A stretch of DNA of 64,000 nucleotides from a virus (Duplodnaviria > Caudoviricetes). Position numbers and translations under genes: made by a program. The notes beneath the pieces are model-generated. The model was not told the origin of the DNA. It searched no databases and was given only the letters and a program-made list of their open reading frames with translations. Shown here piece after piece: positions 17,725 through 27,242 of the stretch (its first letter is position 1; every line of letters starts with the position of its first letter). The stretch is from positions 72 to 64,071 of IMG/VR virus record IMGVR_UViG_3300025655_000035; one strand, 5' to 3'.

Positions 17725-19107
17725 TTAGTTCACATAGTAAAAACCACCACCCTCATCTGAAAGTTTTTCTCTCAATCTTTCAGGTATTTTAACATTAGGA
17801 TTAGTGTCTTTCAAATTAATGAATGCTAATCCAGGAATATCCGCAATACTTTCAGGTAATGACTCCAAATTTTTGTTGTTTGGTAAAGCTAAGAAATTAA
17901 GATTTTGTAAAGAACCAATACTATTGGGTAATTTTTTAACTATGTTTTGGAAAAGTAACGCTTGTAAATCTTTGAATCTACCTAAAGTTTCAGGTACAGT
18001 TAACGCAATATCTTCTTTTGATTTATTATTAATTAATAAGTGTTCAATATCTTCAGGTAATGATTCAAATAATTCATCAAACCCATAAAGAGCAACAAAT
18101 TTACCTGCCGAACTGTCAGGGTAATTAATTTCAACCTTTTTACCACCTCTATTAACTAAACCTTTAGCAAATTCAAACTTAAAATATTCTTTCAACCCTT
18201 CTTCTTCTTTATTTAAGAAATCAACTAAATTAATTTGTCTGTCTCTTGGGTCCATGTATTGATTAGATGGAAAATGGAATTGGTATCTTAATGCTGGTAG
18301 ACCTGAAACATCACCATATTCTTTCTCAGTTTCAAATTTTTTACCTGTATTAGGTATAATAACATATAATGGTCCGTCTTTGATATATCCGTTAAAGTAA
18401 GATAAACCAGGTGATGATGTACACCATCTTGTTTCACCTTTTGATGGTTCTTGGTATGAACCACCGTAGAATTGAGCTGCATCCTTACCTAATTGACCTT
18501 GGTCAGAAATACGAGCCACAGTCCAATCACTACCACGGAATACAATTTCAGCACCAGGATGTTCGTATGTTTTAGAAGCTTCTTTCTTCTCTTCTTTAGT
18601 TGCTTTTGTTTTCTCTAAACTAAAGTCTTTAACTTGGTCGTAAAGAGTCTCAGGAGTCAATTTGTTAATATCTCTAAACTCTTGAGGTAAACGGTTCTTA
18701 AATCTTTCGTATTTCTGTAAGTCACCTGTTACCTTATATAAGTCCTCCATAAACAAACGTTGGAACTCAGCAAGTGCTGATTTATATTGAGGCGAACTTG
18801 GGTCAACGTCAGGACCAACATTTAATTTAGGTGACACAAAATTTTTCAATAACCACTGAGTATACTTACCAACTTTAATTTTTTCCATATCCTGAACACT
18901 CAATGATTCAACATCAACACCTTGAGGGGATTTGGTTGTAGGGTCAGCGAAAATAATTTCTTTTAGGGTATTAAAGTCCATAATACCTTTAGCCTTTTTA
19001 CCTGGTTCAGGTTTAGCTTTAGGTGATGGCTTAACTAATTTGTCATATAATACTTGGAATCGTGATTGCTCAACAATTAATTTTGAAAGTAAGTTAGTAA
19101 ATCTCAT
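17725..19107 (-). CDS. putative virion-internal protein with TRWCT motif and C-terminal leucine-rich repeats
   Basis: MRFTNLLSKLIVEQ leader; GETRWCTS; LRR units (LPNSIGSLQNLNFLAL.NNKNLESLPESIADI); TATTTATT at 19124-19131. Confidence 0.65.
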   Translation of the reverse strand: MRFTNLLSKLIVEQSRFQVLYDKLVKPSPKAKPEPGKKAKGIMDFNTLKEIIFADPTTKSPQGVDVESLSVQDMEKIKVGKYTQWLLKNFVSPKLNVGPDVDPSSPQYKSALAEFQRLFMEDLYKVTGDLQKYERFKNRLPQEFRDINKLTPETLYDQVKDFSLEKTKATKEEKKEASKTYEHPGAEIVFRGSDWTVARISDQGQLGKDAAQFYGGSYQEPSKGETRWCTSSPGLSYFNGYIKDGPLYVIIPNTGKKFETEKEYGDVSGLPALRYQFHFPSNQYMDPRDRQINLVDFLNKEEEGLKEYFKFEFAKGLVNRGGKKVEINYPDSSAGKFVALYGFDELFESLPEDIEHLLINNKSKEDIALTVPETLGRFKDLQALLFQNIVKKLPNSIGSLQNLNFLALPNNKNLESLPESIADIPGLAFINLKDTNPNVKIPERLREKLSDEGGGFYYVN

Positions 19108-19157
19108 TTCTATGTTTTTATTAAATAAATATCAAATAAAGCGAAAATATCCAAATT

Positions 19158-19997
19158 TTAATAATTCATAATCAACAACTCTTCACCCATGTTTTGTGAG
19201 GTACCTTTTTTAGCTGCGGCCGCCTTAGCAAATTCTTTTTTAACCCAAGTATATTCGTCTTCAGGAAACCATTCATGTAATAGTTCAAAATCATAGTAAG
19301 ATAAACTAAATTTACCATTAATTTTCCTCAATACGTTTGCCAGTCTTTCGTGGTCATCTCGGTCAAAGTCGTGGTTAGAGTAATAGTTTTCAGTCTTCCA
19401 ATACGGTGGGTCCAAATAGAAGTATGTTGTTGGACTATCGAACTCCTGAATCACATTTGCAAAGTCACCAAGTCTAAAATGAGAAATCTTTTTGAAATGG
19501 TCAAGCCAGTCAGGTTTAGAAAGTTTGTCTCGGAATGTAAGATACTTTGATTTGTACTTACCTTTAAGGTCAATAAAGTTAGATGTCTCAGGTTTAGACC
19601 CACTGAATACCTGTGTTAGGATGTAAGCATACTTAGCCGCAACATCATAATCGGGGTAATTGATTGTGAATCCCTCACCATATAACTCAGACTGAAACTC
19701 TTTGAATTGTTCTTTGTAAATAGGTGGAGTGACCTCAACATCTCGTTCTTGACACGGAATACGGTTTACCGCGTTTAACAAAACGTCAGGATTCTGTAAA
19801 CACATAAATAAATTGTAATTCAACGGATTGAAGTCATTGTAAACCACCCTCTTTAGGTTAGGGTATTTTGACAAATCCATATTAAAGAAACACCAGAACA
19901 TTCCTCCGAATGTCTCAACATACGTTTCCATATCTGTAGGGTAATGCGGAACAATCCACTTACCAATTTTACTTTTACCTCCTATATAACTCAACAT
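19158..19997 (-). CDS. orphan Dam-like DNA adenine methyltransferase (D12 class)
   Basis: YIGGKSK, YVETFGG, VYNDFN and YLDPPY motifs. Confidence 0.9.
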   Translation of the reverse strand: MLSYIGGKSKIGKWIVPHYPTDMETYVETFGGMFWCFFNMDLSKYPNLKRVVYNDFNPLNYNLFMCLQNPDVLLNAVNRIPCQERDVEVTPPIYKEQFKEFQSELYGEGFTINYPDYDVAAKYAYILTQVFSGSKPETSNFIDLKGKYKSKYLTFRDKLSKPDWLDHFKKISHFRLGDFANVIQEFDSPTTYFYLDPPYWKTENYYSNHDFDRDDHERLANVLRKINGKFSLSYYDFELLHEWFPEDEYTWVKKEFAKAAAAKKGTSQNMGEELLIMNY

Positions 19998-20051
19998 AAA
20001 AAATGATTTTGTTTAAGTATAAGAAAAAAAAAGGTAAAAGGCAAATGGATT

Positions 20052-22496
20052 TTATAATTTATATCCAAATCTAACCGAAAATTCTTGACCTGTTCTATAA
20101 CTATTAGTTGTAATTAGTCCAATATCGGTCATTTGTTGTAGTTTGTATTCAGTGTTAAATAAATTGTTAATTCTAAAAGACATTACAAATTTATCTTTAT
20201 TAATATTATAAACCATATTCACAAAATGTTGTGGTGTTTGGTAAATATCCCCCAATCCAAATACACCAACAGAGTTTAACTTAGTACCAACATAATTATA
20301 AACTATACCAATATTATTATTTTTATTAATCATGTAAAATACATCAAAATTAGTCATAAATTTTGATGACCCTTGTAATGGTCTGTTAATATTAGTAACA
20401 ACGACAGATGATGAAGTGTTTTCTGATGTAGTAATATTTGAATATAGGTAAGATGAATTAAAATCAAATTTAAAATTCTTAATACTTTTTTTAAAATCGA
20501 ATTCACCTCCATATACCATAGATTGTAAACTATTTTGATACGTCTCTAATCGACCACTTGCCGTAGCAACATTAACTTTTTCAATAGGATTCTTTATTAA
20601 TTTATAGTACATAGTAAAACTAACTATCTCAGTTTTAGATGGATAAAATTCTAAATTTAAATCTCCATTATATACGGTAGAATTTATTAAATTAGGATTA
20701 CCTTGTATTTTTGAACCCGCAAACACCTCGGTATATATGAACGGAGTCATTTCACGAAATCTAGGTCTTATTGTTGTAACCGCACCACTACCTCTTAATT
20801 GCAATTTATTTGTAATTTTATATTTTACATTCAAATAAGGTAATATTTCAAAATTATCCAATATACTATATTTTGTGAATACAGGTGATAACTGGTCTTT
20901 ATATTCAACTAATTGATATATTTTTTCAAATCTAGACCCAAAACTTAAATCTATTTTATCATTATTAAAATCACTTTTATAATACCCACTATGATTTCTA
21001 ATCACCCCATTAACTTCTGAAGCAGGATTATTAACCCAAAAACTTTCACTATTTTCACCATTAATGAACATGAACGGGTTGTTAGGGTCAACACTAACGT
21101 TTTCATTATTAACACCTAATAAGTCGTAATACTCCTGTTGATAATTAAAGTAGTTATTGGTAATCATATAGGAATAACCAAATTCGTGTAATGTTTTTCT
21201 TATATGGTATTTACCAGTCAAACCTAAATTAATACGACTTTCTTTATTCTGACTCCAAAAGAAATGATTATCCAATTTATCAACGTTATTGAATTGATAA
21301 TTACCATCATATAGGTAAACAAATTGGTTTCTACCGTTTTCACCACTATTGACCAATGATAGTCCACCAATACCACGGATTTCAAATTTATCTTTTTTTA
21401 ATTCAAATTTAATTTGTTCTGTAAATAAATTATGGTTTGTTGGTGTAATTCTTATAGTGAATAAATCAGTATTATAATCAAAATGAGAACCTAAAGTTGT
21501 TCTATAAGATTTTGAGTTTTGATTAATAAATAATGTAGTGTTACTAACTTCTAAATCTTTATGATTAAAATCTAAAACCATTATCGCTGATGGTGTAAGT
21601 TGTTGAAGTTTTTCAGTAAAATTATAATCTAAAATACTATTCCCTTGTTTATTGGCCAATCTAATAACACCATTAGTGTTTTGATTATCTTGGTTTAAAT
21701 TAAAATTAACTAAAAGTCCGAACTTTTTTAATTTATTATTACCAAAACTAATGTTTAAACTACTATTAGGTGTTGGTGTTAAAGTATTAAAAGAACCTTT
21801 ATAATTAACCGTGAAATGTTTTCTAACATTAGGTGTGGTAATGTTTATTTGTGCTCCAGCGACATTACTCCATTGTTCTGAGGAGTATGTTTTTTTAACT
21901 TTAATATTATCAATAACACTTAAAGGTAATATTGATAAGTCAATGTTTTTTCTATCGGAATTATTTGACGGGATTGGGATACCGTTTAATGTTATTTGAT
22001 TATATCTATCGTCTAAACCTCTAACATTTAATCTGCTATTTGAAAAGGTTATACTTGTTAGCTTTTTTAACCCGTCCTCAGCGTTTGAGATTCCTTTTTT
22101 TGACATCTCCATCCCCCCAATTGAAGATTCGATACCCACAAGTTTTTTTCTTTCGAGTAATAATACAGTTTCACTTGCATTATTTTTTTTACTTTTAACA
22201 GTAACTTCCCCAATTGTTTGGGCTTCAGTAACCATTACAACATTTAATACACCTTTACCAGTTTTGATTGTTTGTTTTTTAAAACCAATAAAACTAAATG
22301 TTATCGTACAACTATCAGTAATATTAAGACCGTATTCACCATTATAATTAGTTAAAGTATTACCTTGTTCTGATTTAACATGAACGTAAGGTAGTGGTTG
22401 ATTTGTTTCATCCACTACCTTACCTGTTAATGTTTGGGCTAATGTGGTGTGTGTGAATAATACACACACCACCATATATAAAAGTTTTTTAATCAT
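20052..22496 (-). CDS. TonB-dependent outer-membrane receptor
   Basis: Signal peptide; carboxypeptidase-regulatory-like N-domain (LTGKVVDETNQPLPY); plug (VRGLDDRYNQITLNG); RPRFRE, GNPNL and NNLFN; terminal FGYKL beta-signal. Start at ATG 22496 (ATGA overlap). Confidence 0.9.
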   Translation of the reverse strand: MIKKLLYMVVCVLFTHTTLAQTLTGKVVDETNQPLPYVHVKSEQGNTLTNYNGEYGLNITDSCTITFSFIGFKKQTIKTGKGVLNVVMVTEAQTIGEVTVKSKKNNASETVLLLERKKLVGIESSIGGMEMSKKGISNAEDGLKKLTSITFSNSRLNVRGLDDRYNQITLNGIPIPSNNSDRKNIDLSILPLSVIDNIKVKKTYSSEQWSNVAGAQINITTPNVRKHFTVNYKGSFNTLTPTPNSSLNISFGNNKLKKFGLLVNFNLNQDNQNTNGVIRLANKQGNSILDYNFTEKLQQLTPSAIMVLDFNHKDLEVSNTTLFINQNSKSYRTTLGSHFDYNTDLFTIRITPTNHNLFTEQIKFELKKDKFEIRGIGGLSLVNSGENGRNQFVYLYDGNYQFNNVDKLDNHFFWSQNKESRINLGLTGKYHIRKTLHEFGYSYMITNNYFNYQQEYYDLLGVNNENVSVDPNNPFMFINGENSESFWVNNPASEVNGVIRNHSGYYKSDFNNDKIDLSFGSRFEKIYQLVEYKDQLSPVFTKYSILDNFEILPYLNVKYKITNKLQLRGSGAVTTIRPRFREMTPFIYTEVFAGSKIQGNPNLINSTVYNGDLNLEFYPSKTEIVSFTMYYKLIKNPIEKVNVATASGRLETYQNSLQSMVYGGEFDFKKSIKNFKFDFNSSYLYSNITTSENTSSSVVVTNINRPLQGSSKFMTNFDVFYMINKNNNIGIVYNYVGTKLNSVGVFGLGDIYQTPQHFVNMVYNINKDKFVMSFRINNLFNTEYKLQQMTDIGLITTNSYRTGQEFSVRFGYKL

Positions 22497-23644
22497 CGTG
22501 TCCAGCCATTCATCCATTCACTTCCTGAACCAATTGTTGTATCAGGTATAAACCAACCATCATTCAATGTCATTATCAACCCATCAAATGAAGAACAATC
22601 TTTAAAATTTGTACCGTTACCAGTAATTGTAGAGTTAGCTACAAACAACTCACCATTAACTACGTGGTTCAATGATGTTTCTTCCGATACACGAACTCCG
22701 TACTTTGGGAAACCTGTAACATATGCGTAATAGATTTGACCTTTAGTACCTTCTCTTAATCTCATACCAGTATTCAACCCATCCCCATCATCAACACCAT
22801 TTAATGTGATGTTAGCCAATGTTGGATTTGAATATGGCGCTAATGTATTATCATCAGAGTTGTTATCAGCTTCGATACCTCTATCTCCACCGTCAACACC
22901 TTGTTGAACGTACCAGTATTGTCCTTTTCCTCTCCAACCATGAGTCCAATCGAATGCGTCATCTTGGTTATGTGTTGAAACCGCATATCTTACATTCACA
23001 GTTCCACCAAAAAATTCAATACCATCATCAGAGCCTTTATACGCTTGGATATATTCAACGACGGTACCCGAACCAACACCATTAAATGAGAATCCATTTA
23101 ATTCATTATCTGTACCTAATATTTTACCTGCATATTCAACTCTAACATATCTTAAAACACCTGAATTATCTTCGTCATTATTACCACCGTAAATACCTGT
23201 ACCACCTTCACCCTCTGCGGTTAACCCAGTATTTAATTTAGCCTTACCATTTATGATAATACCTCCCCAATCACCGTATGTTGGGTTATCTTTTAAGGGC
23301 GTGAAAACAATAGGATTAGTGTTAGAACCTTCAGCCATAATTTTACCACCTTGCTTGATAGATAAAAACGTGGTTACATTTATATCAGCATAAATTGTTT
23401 GACCACCGTTTATGGTTAATTTTGTGTTATCATCAATAAAAACACCACCAGATAACAACCAATTTTTATCTGAACTAAATGTTAAATTTTCATTGATGGT
23501 ACCCTCAACCTTATTATAGGTTACACCATTAATAACAGTTTCACTGATAATATAGGTTTTATTGTTAGGGGTAATTATCTCTTTATCACAAGAGCTAAAC
23601 ATCATTAATACTGACGATGCAAAAAGAACTAAAATTTTTTTCAT
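22493..23644 (-). CDS. beta-helix surface lipoprotein, partner of the TonB receptor
   Basis: FSSC lipobox; GDWGGIIING, DNSGVLRYVRVEYAG, NELNG, DDGIEFFGG and DDAFDW motifs of TBDR-associated beta-helix lipoproteins. Confidence 0.8.
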   Translation of the reverse strand: MKKILVLFASSVLMMFSSCDKEIITPNNKTYIISETVINGVTYNKVEGTINENLTFSSDKNWLLSGGVFIDDNTKLTINGGQTIYADINVTTFLSIKQGGKIMAEGSNTNPIVFTPLKDNPTYGDWGGIIINGKAKLNTGLTAEGEGGTGIYGGNNDEDNSGVLRYVRVEYAGKILGTDNELNGFSFNGVGSGTVVEYIQAYKGSDDGIEFFGGTVNVRYAVSTHNQDDAFDWTHGWRGKGQYWYVQQGVDGGDRGIEADNNSDDNTLAPYSNPTLANITLNGVDDGDGLNTGMRLREGTKGQIYYAYVTGFPKYGVRVSEETSLNHVVNGELFVANSTITGNGTNFKDCSSFDGLIMTLNDGWFIPDTTIGSGSEWMNGWTR

Positions 23645-23701
23645 AATATATTTTTTAACAATATATAGATATGAAATTCAATTAAACATCAATAAAAAAA
23701 T

Positions 23702-23733
23702 ATGATAACCATAAAATAACCTTATGTTAACAT
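23702..23733 (-). promoter_or_regulatory. 11-bp-period direct repeats (PhoB/OmpR-type box candidate)
   Basis: TAACC at 23706 and 23717, TAACA at 23728 (plus strand), upstream of the lipoprotein-TBDR operon. Confidence 0.5.
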
Positions 23734-23788
23734 GACACAATATTTTACATTATATTAGTTTTAGTATATATTTAAATAAAAAGTTATT

Positions 23789-23935
23789 ATGGAAACTACA
23801 GAAAAGAAAAATTGTAAAACTTGTAAAAAATTTACAACAACTCATTGGTCTATGATAGTCCTTTCTTTTTATGTTTTATTTGCAGCCGTATATGGTACAA
23901 TAAAACTAATTAAAGAACTATCAGCCTTATTTTAA
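23789..23935 (+). CDS. 48-aa CxxC plus single-TM protein (not in ORF track)
   Basis: METTEKKNCKTCKKFTTTHWSMIVLSFYVLFAAVYGTIKLIKELSALF; stop abuts the convergent dnaJ stop. Confidence 0.6.
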   Translation: METTEKKNCKTCKKFTTTHWSMIVLSFYVLFAAVYGTIKLIKELSALF

Positions 23936-24853
23936 TTAAGGTCTATCAAATCTAACAAACAATTTAACAAACAAATCCCCAATATTGGAGTACCCTTTAC
24001 CCTTGACTCGTAAGGGTTTAGACGTGTCAAAAGTTTTTGGTAGTTTTACTGATATACTACCTTGTGGGTGTGGTATTTCGACATCATCTTTTTCCAAATC
24101 TTCTTTACTAAAGTAAGCGTTATATACTAAATCATCACCAATCTTTTCAAAGTTATTTTGTTGAGTTGTCCTAACTCTAATTACTAAATTACCGTACATG
24201 CCGTCATGGTAATCACCTTTACCTTGTAATTTCAAGAATTGACCGTCATCAATTCCATGAGGTAATTTAATTTTAATCGTTTCTGTCATTGTTTTTGTTG
24301 TTTTACCATGACAAGTACCACAAGTCTTTGTATAAACATAACCAGCACCTCTACAATTATTACAAGCCTGTCTAACAACTTGATTAAACATACTACCACC
24401 TATTTTATGAATTGTAAATCCCTGTCCATTACAAACTTGACAAGTCACTCTATCACCACCACCACCATTACACCCATTACACTGATGTTCTCTATCATAC
24501 GTGATAATTCTATCACCACCCAAAAATGAATCAACCGCACCAACAATAATTTCAATTATTTTATCAGGTACTGCTCGTTTTCTTTGTGAATATCCTCCAT
24601 TAAATAAATCTTCGAATGGATTAAATCCTGAGGATGCGAATGGGTTATTTCTTCTGGCGTCGTATTGTCTTTTTTTATCATCATTACTTAAAGTGTCATA
24701 AGCCTCAGATATTTGTTTAAATTTATCTTCAGAACCTCCTTTATCAGGATGATGTTCAACCGCCAATTTTCTATAAGCTTTTTTAATTTCATCTTGTGTC
24801 GCCGATTCGCTGACCCCAAGTATATTATAAAAATTATTCTGATTACTCATCAA
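23936..24853 (-). CDS. dnaJ: DnaJ co-chaperone (type I)
   Basis: J-domain with HPD, four CxxCxG(xG) zinc motifs, C-terminal domain. Confidence 0.93.
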   Translation of the reverse strand: MMSNQNNFYNILGVSESATQDEIKKAYRKLAVEHHPDKGGSEDKFKQISEAYDTLSNDDKKRQYDARRNNPFASSGFNPFEDLFNGGYSQRKRAVPDKIIEIIVGAVDSFLGGDRIITYDREHQCNGCNGGGGDRVTCQVCNGQGFTIHKIGGSMFNQVVRQACNNCRGAGYVYTKTCGTCHGKTTKTMTETIKIKLPHGIDDGQFLKLQGKGDYHDGMYGNLVIRVRTTQQNNFEKIGDDLVYNAYFSKEDLEKDDVEIPHPQGSISVKLPKTFDTSKPLRVKGKGYSNIGDLFVKLFVRFDRP

Positions 24854-24889
24854 TATTTATTTAGATATAGATTATATTATATTTTAGTA

Positions 24890-25543
24890 ATGGAAACTAA
24901 AGAAAGATTTCTCATAGTTCTTTTTAAAAATAAAACAAAAAAGAAAATAATCAACAAATTTAAAACTCATAAAAGAGCCAAAGAATTTTTTGATAGATTG
25001 GTTAATCAAAGTAATCAAGTCGTGTTTAATAAAGAATACGAAAATGGCTTTAAATCTAAATTTGAAATAGCTTTATTAGAGAGGACTTCGGGAACGTTAC
25101 TACCTATGTTTTTAAAAGACGAATTTGGTAGACAGGTCAAAATTGAATTGGACGATAGTGATTACACAATCATTAAAATTGAAGGGTATAACGAGGAAGA
25201 ATATATTCTTGATTACAGTAATTCTAAAAAAATTTCAGTCTCTGAGTTTATCAAAACTTATTTAGACCCTATAGGTTTTAAACTTATCTCAAAACTAAAT
25301 AATAAGGTTATTGTACAAAATGACGACCAATTTAATCTATTTACGTTGAAAAATAATGATGACTCGTCCAGATTTTTGGATTCACTATCAAACTATTTTA
25401 TGGAGTTGGGTAGGTCTGATTGTATGTTTGTTAAAGATTATACTACTCAGCAGAGGAAGTATCTTTACCAACTTCTTTCTGAGAAAGGCTTTTCAAAGTC
25501 TTACCTTGTTCGTCAGTCAACGACTCATCCATCAAAAACATAA
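24890..25543 (+). CDS. hypothetical protein
   Basis: Start reassigned to ATG 24890 (METKERFL) to avoid dnaJ overlap; TATTTATT at 24854-24861. Confidence 0.7.
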   Translation: METKERFLIVLFKNKTKKKIINKFKTHKRAKEFFDRLVNQSNQVVFNKEYENGFKSKFEIALLERTSGTLLPMFLKDEFGRQVKIELDDSDYTIIKIEGYNEEEYILDYSNSKKISVSEFIKTYLDPIGFKLISKLNNKVIVQNDDQFNLFTLKNNDDSSRFLDSLSNYFMELGRSDCMFVKDYTTQQRKYLYQLLSEKGFSKSYLVRQSTTHPSKT

Positions 25544-25745
25544 ATCTAGTGTTTGATATTTCAATTGCAAATTGTTTGTGGTGATGGTCGATAGTTCTAA
25601 AATTACTCTGAACTTTTTTAAAATCATCAACGCCTAATTCAATTGCCACGGCGGTTTTTGATGTAGGGAATAGTTGGTCTATACCGTCAGTAATTAAAGC
25701 TAATTTTTCAATTATCCCATCAATACTTTTTTGATTCTCTTCCAT
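25443..25745 (-). CDS. hypothetical protein
   Basis: 100-aa ORF; 3' end overlaps the convergent gene by about 100 nt. Confidence 0.55.
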   Translation of the reverse strand: MEENQKSIDGIIEKLALITDGIDQLFPTSKTAVAIELGVDDFKKVQSNFRTIDHHHKQFAIEISNTRFMFLMDESLTDEQGKTLKSLSQKEVGKDTSSAE

Positions 25746-25903
25746 AATGATATTTTTTCAGGTTGTTTAGGTAAGATTTCTTCTTTTTTGAATTGTTTTA
25801 TTTGTTTAATAAAATCTTCTTTTTCTCGTTCTAACTGTATTTTGTCTTTAATCTTCTCCTTCTCCAACCATTCTAATTCCTTCAAGTTCGTCTTCTCTGT
25901 CAT
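25712..25903 (-). CDS. hypothetical protein
   Basis: Coiled coil with C-terminal amphipathic SLWKRIKKVLMG. Confidence 0.55.
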   Translation of the reverse strand: MTEKTNLKELEWLEKEKIKDKIQLEREKEDFIKQIKQFKKEEILPKQPEKISLWKRIKKVLMG

Positions 25904-26285
25904 CTAATTTTATTTTACTATCTTTTATTTCAAATTGTAGACCTTTTAGTTTTGTTAAATTTTGTTTTTCAAAAATTGATTTTAACTCCTCAACTTTATT
26001 TTGGAATAGTTTTTCTTTCTCTTCTCTTTCTAAATTATATTTTATAATTCCTTTAATATTGGATGATGTTAATTCGATTTCTTTTTCTTCAATCTCACTA
26101 ACAAAAGAAAACATTCTATGGTTTTGTAACGTTGACTCTTGTTCAACAATTTTATCTTCAACAATGTACTTTTTAGGTAACTTCCAAGTTGTTGGGAACG
26201 CAATGTCAAAACTTAAATAATTTTTTATTTTTCTTACTGATTGTATGTAAGGTAATAATTCGGAAAATTCTTTATATAAACTCAT
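25848..26285 (-). CDS. hypothetical coiled-coil protein
   Basis: 145-aa ORF in operon. Confidence 0.7.
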   Translation of the reverse strand: MSLYKEFSELLPYIQSVRKIKNYLSFDIAFPTTWKLPKKYIVEDKIVEQESTLQNHRMFSFVSEIEEKEIELTSSNIKGIIKYNLEREEKEKLFQNKVEELKSIFEKQNLTKLKGLQFEIKDSKIKLDDREDELEGIRMVGEGED

Positions 26286-26286
26286 T

Positions 26287-26475
26287 TTAAACTTTAATTA
26301 TATAGGTTATAATATATGATAATGATAAACCAAAAAATATAAGTTCCCTCCCATTAAGAACTAATCTTGTGGGAGGGTTTTGTAATAGGGCACTTATAAA
26401 CCTAAAAAATGTTCTACAAACATTTAATAATGAAAATATAAAGACAAATAAATATATACTTTCAATACTATACAT
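26287..26475 (-). CDS. small two-TM membrane protein
   Basis: Two hydrophobic helices; TAATG coupling to the upstream gene. Confidence 0.65.
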   Translation of the reverse strand: MYSIESIYLFVFIFSLLNVCRTFFRFISALLQNPPTRLVLNGRELIFFGLSLSYIITYIIKV

Positions 26476-26651
26476 TAGTTATTTGTTTTTTTCTCCTCAA
26501 GAATTTCACCTCTTAATTGTTGTAGTAACGCTTTCAACTCCTGTGCAGTTTTTCTAGCTCTAGTACCCGCACTTTTGTTTCCTTTGAAGAATTTTGTTGC
26601 ATCAACCGATAATTCTTCAGTCATTGTTTTGATTTTTTCTAAAGTTTCCAT
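26475..26651 (-). CDS. histone H1-like Hc1 family protein (not in ORF track)
   Basis: 58 aa METLEKIKTMTEELSVDATKFFKGNKSAGTRARKTAQELKALLQQLRGEILEEKKTNN; GNK.AGTRARK is the Bacteroidota/Chlamydia Hc1 signature. Confidence 0.85.
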   Translation of the reverse strand: METLEKIKTMTEELSVDATKFFKGNKSAGTRARKTAQELKALLQQLRGEILEEKKTNN

Positions 26652-26727
26652 TTTTCTTTTTTATTGATTTATCTTTAATGTTAAACATAATTTTTTTTGG
26701 GTTATAGTAAACACTATAAAGGATTTT

Positions 26728-27195
26728 TTAAATTTTAAGACTTCTGTCTAAAACTTTATATACTGTGGATATCATATCTAAATCAGATTTAGTGAATGGT
26801 TTTTTAACATCAAATAAATCGTTAAAAAAATTACCGATAGAGTTTCTAACATTTTGTTCTTTTTGATTGTAAAATATATTATTAAAAAAAGATTCAAAAT
26901 ATTCATAATGTTCACCTTTAGGTTTAAAAGTGATGTCTTCTTTTTTGAAATTATCAATCACCTTATTCCAACACCATTCAAAGTGTTTTTTATTATCCTC
27001 ATCACTCATATTTATTTTAGTCTCATTAGGCATGTTATTTTCACCTAAATAAGTCTGTACAACAATTATATTTAATGAATGTGAAAAATCTGAAAACAAT
27101 TCCAGTTTTTCAGGTATAATGTTATTAACCCTAAACCATATATCAACATCCTCAGGATTTAAAGGTTTGGTTATATAATTAAAAAAATTCTCCAT
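26728..27195 (-). CDS. hypothetical protein
   Basis: 155-aa ORF. Confidence 0.7.
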   Translation of the reverse strand: MENFFNYITKPLNPEDVDIWFRVNNIIPEKLELFSDFSHSLNIIVVQTYLGENNMPNETKINMSDEDNKKHFEWCWNKVIDNFKKEDITFKPKGEHYEYFESFFNNIFYNQKEQNVRNSIGNFFNDLFDVKKPFTKSDLDMISTVYKVLDRSLKI

Positions 27196-27214
27196 AGATT
27201 TGGTCTATGGAGAA
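27182..27214 (-). terminator. hairpin/terminator overlapping a start codon
   Basis: TTCTCCATAGA-CCAAA-TCTATGGAGAA then a T-run; the ATG at 27195 lies in the 3' arm. Confidence 0.55.
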
Positions 27215-27242
27215 ATTATAATTGATAATATTTTATTGTAAA

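Noticed and set aside
6650-19997. Complete restriction-modification systems
   Set aside because: No recognisable endonuclease next to either methyltransferase; they are more likely orphan protective methylases.
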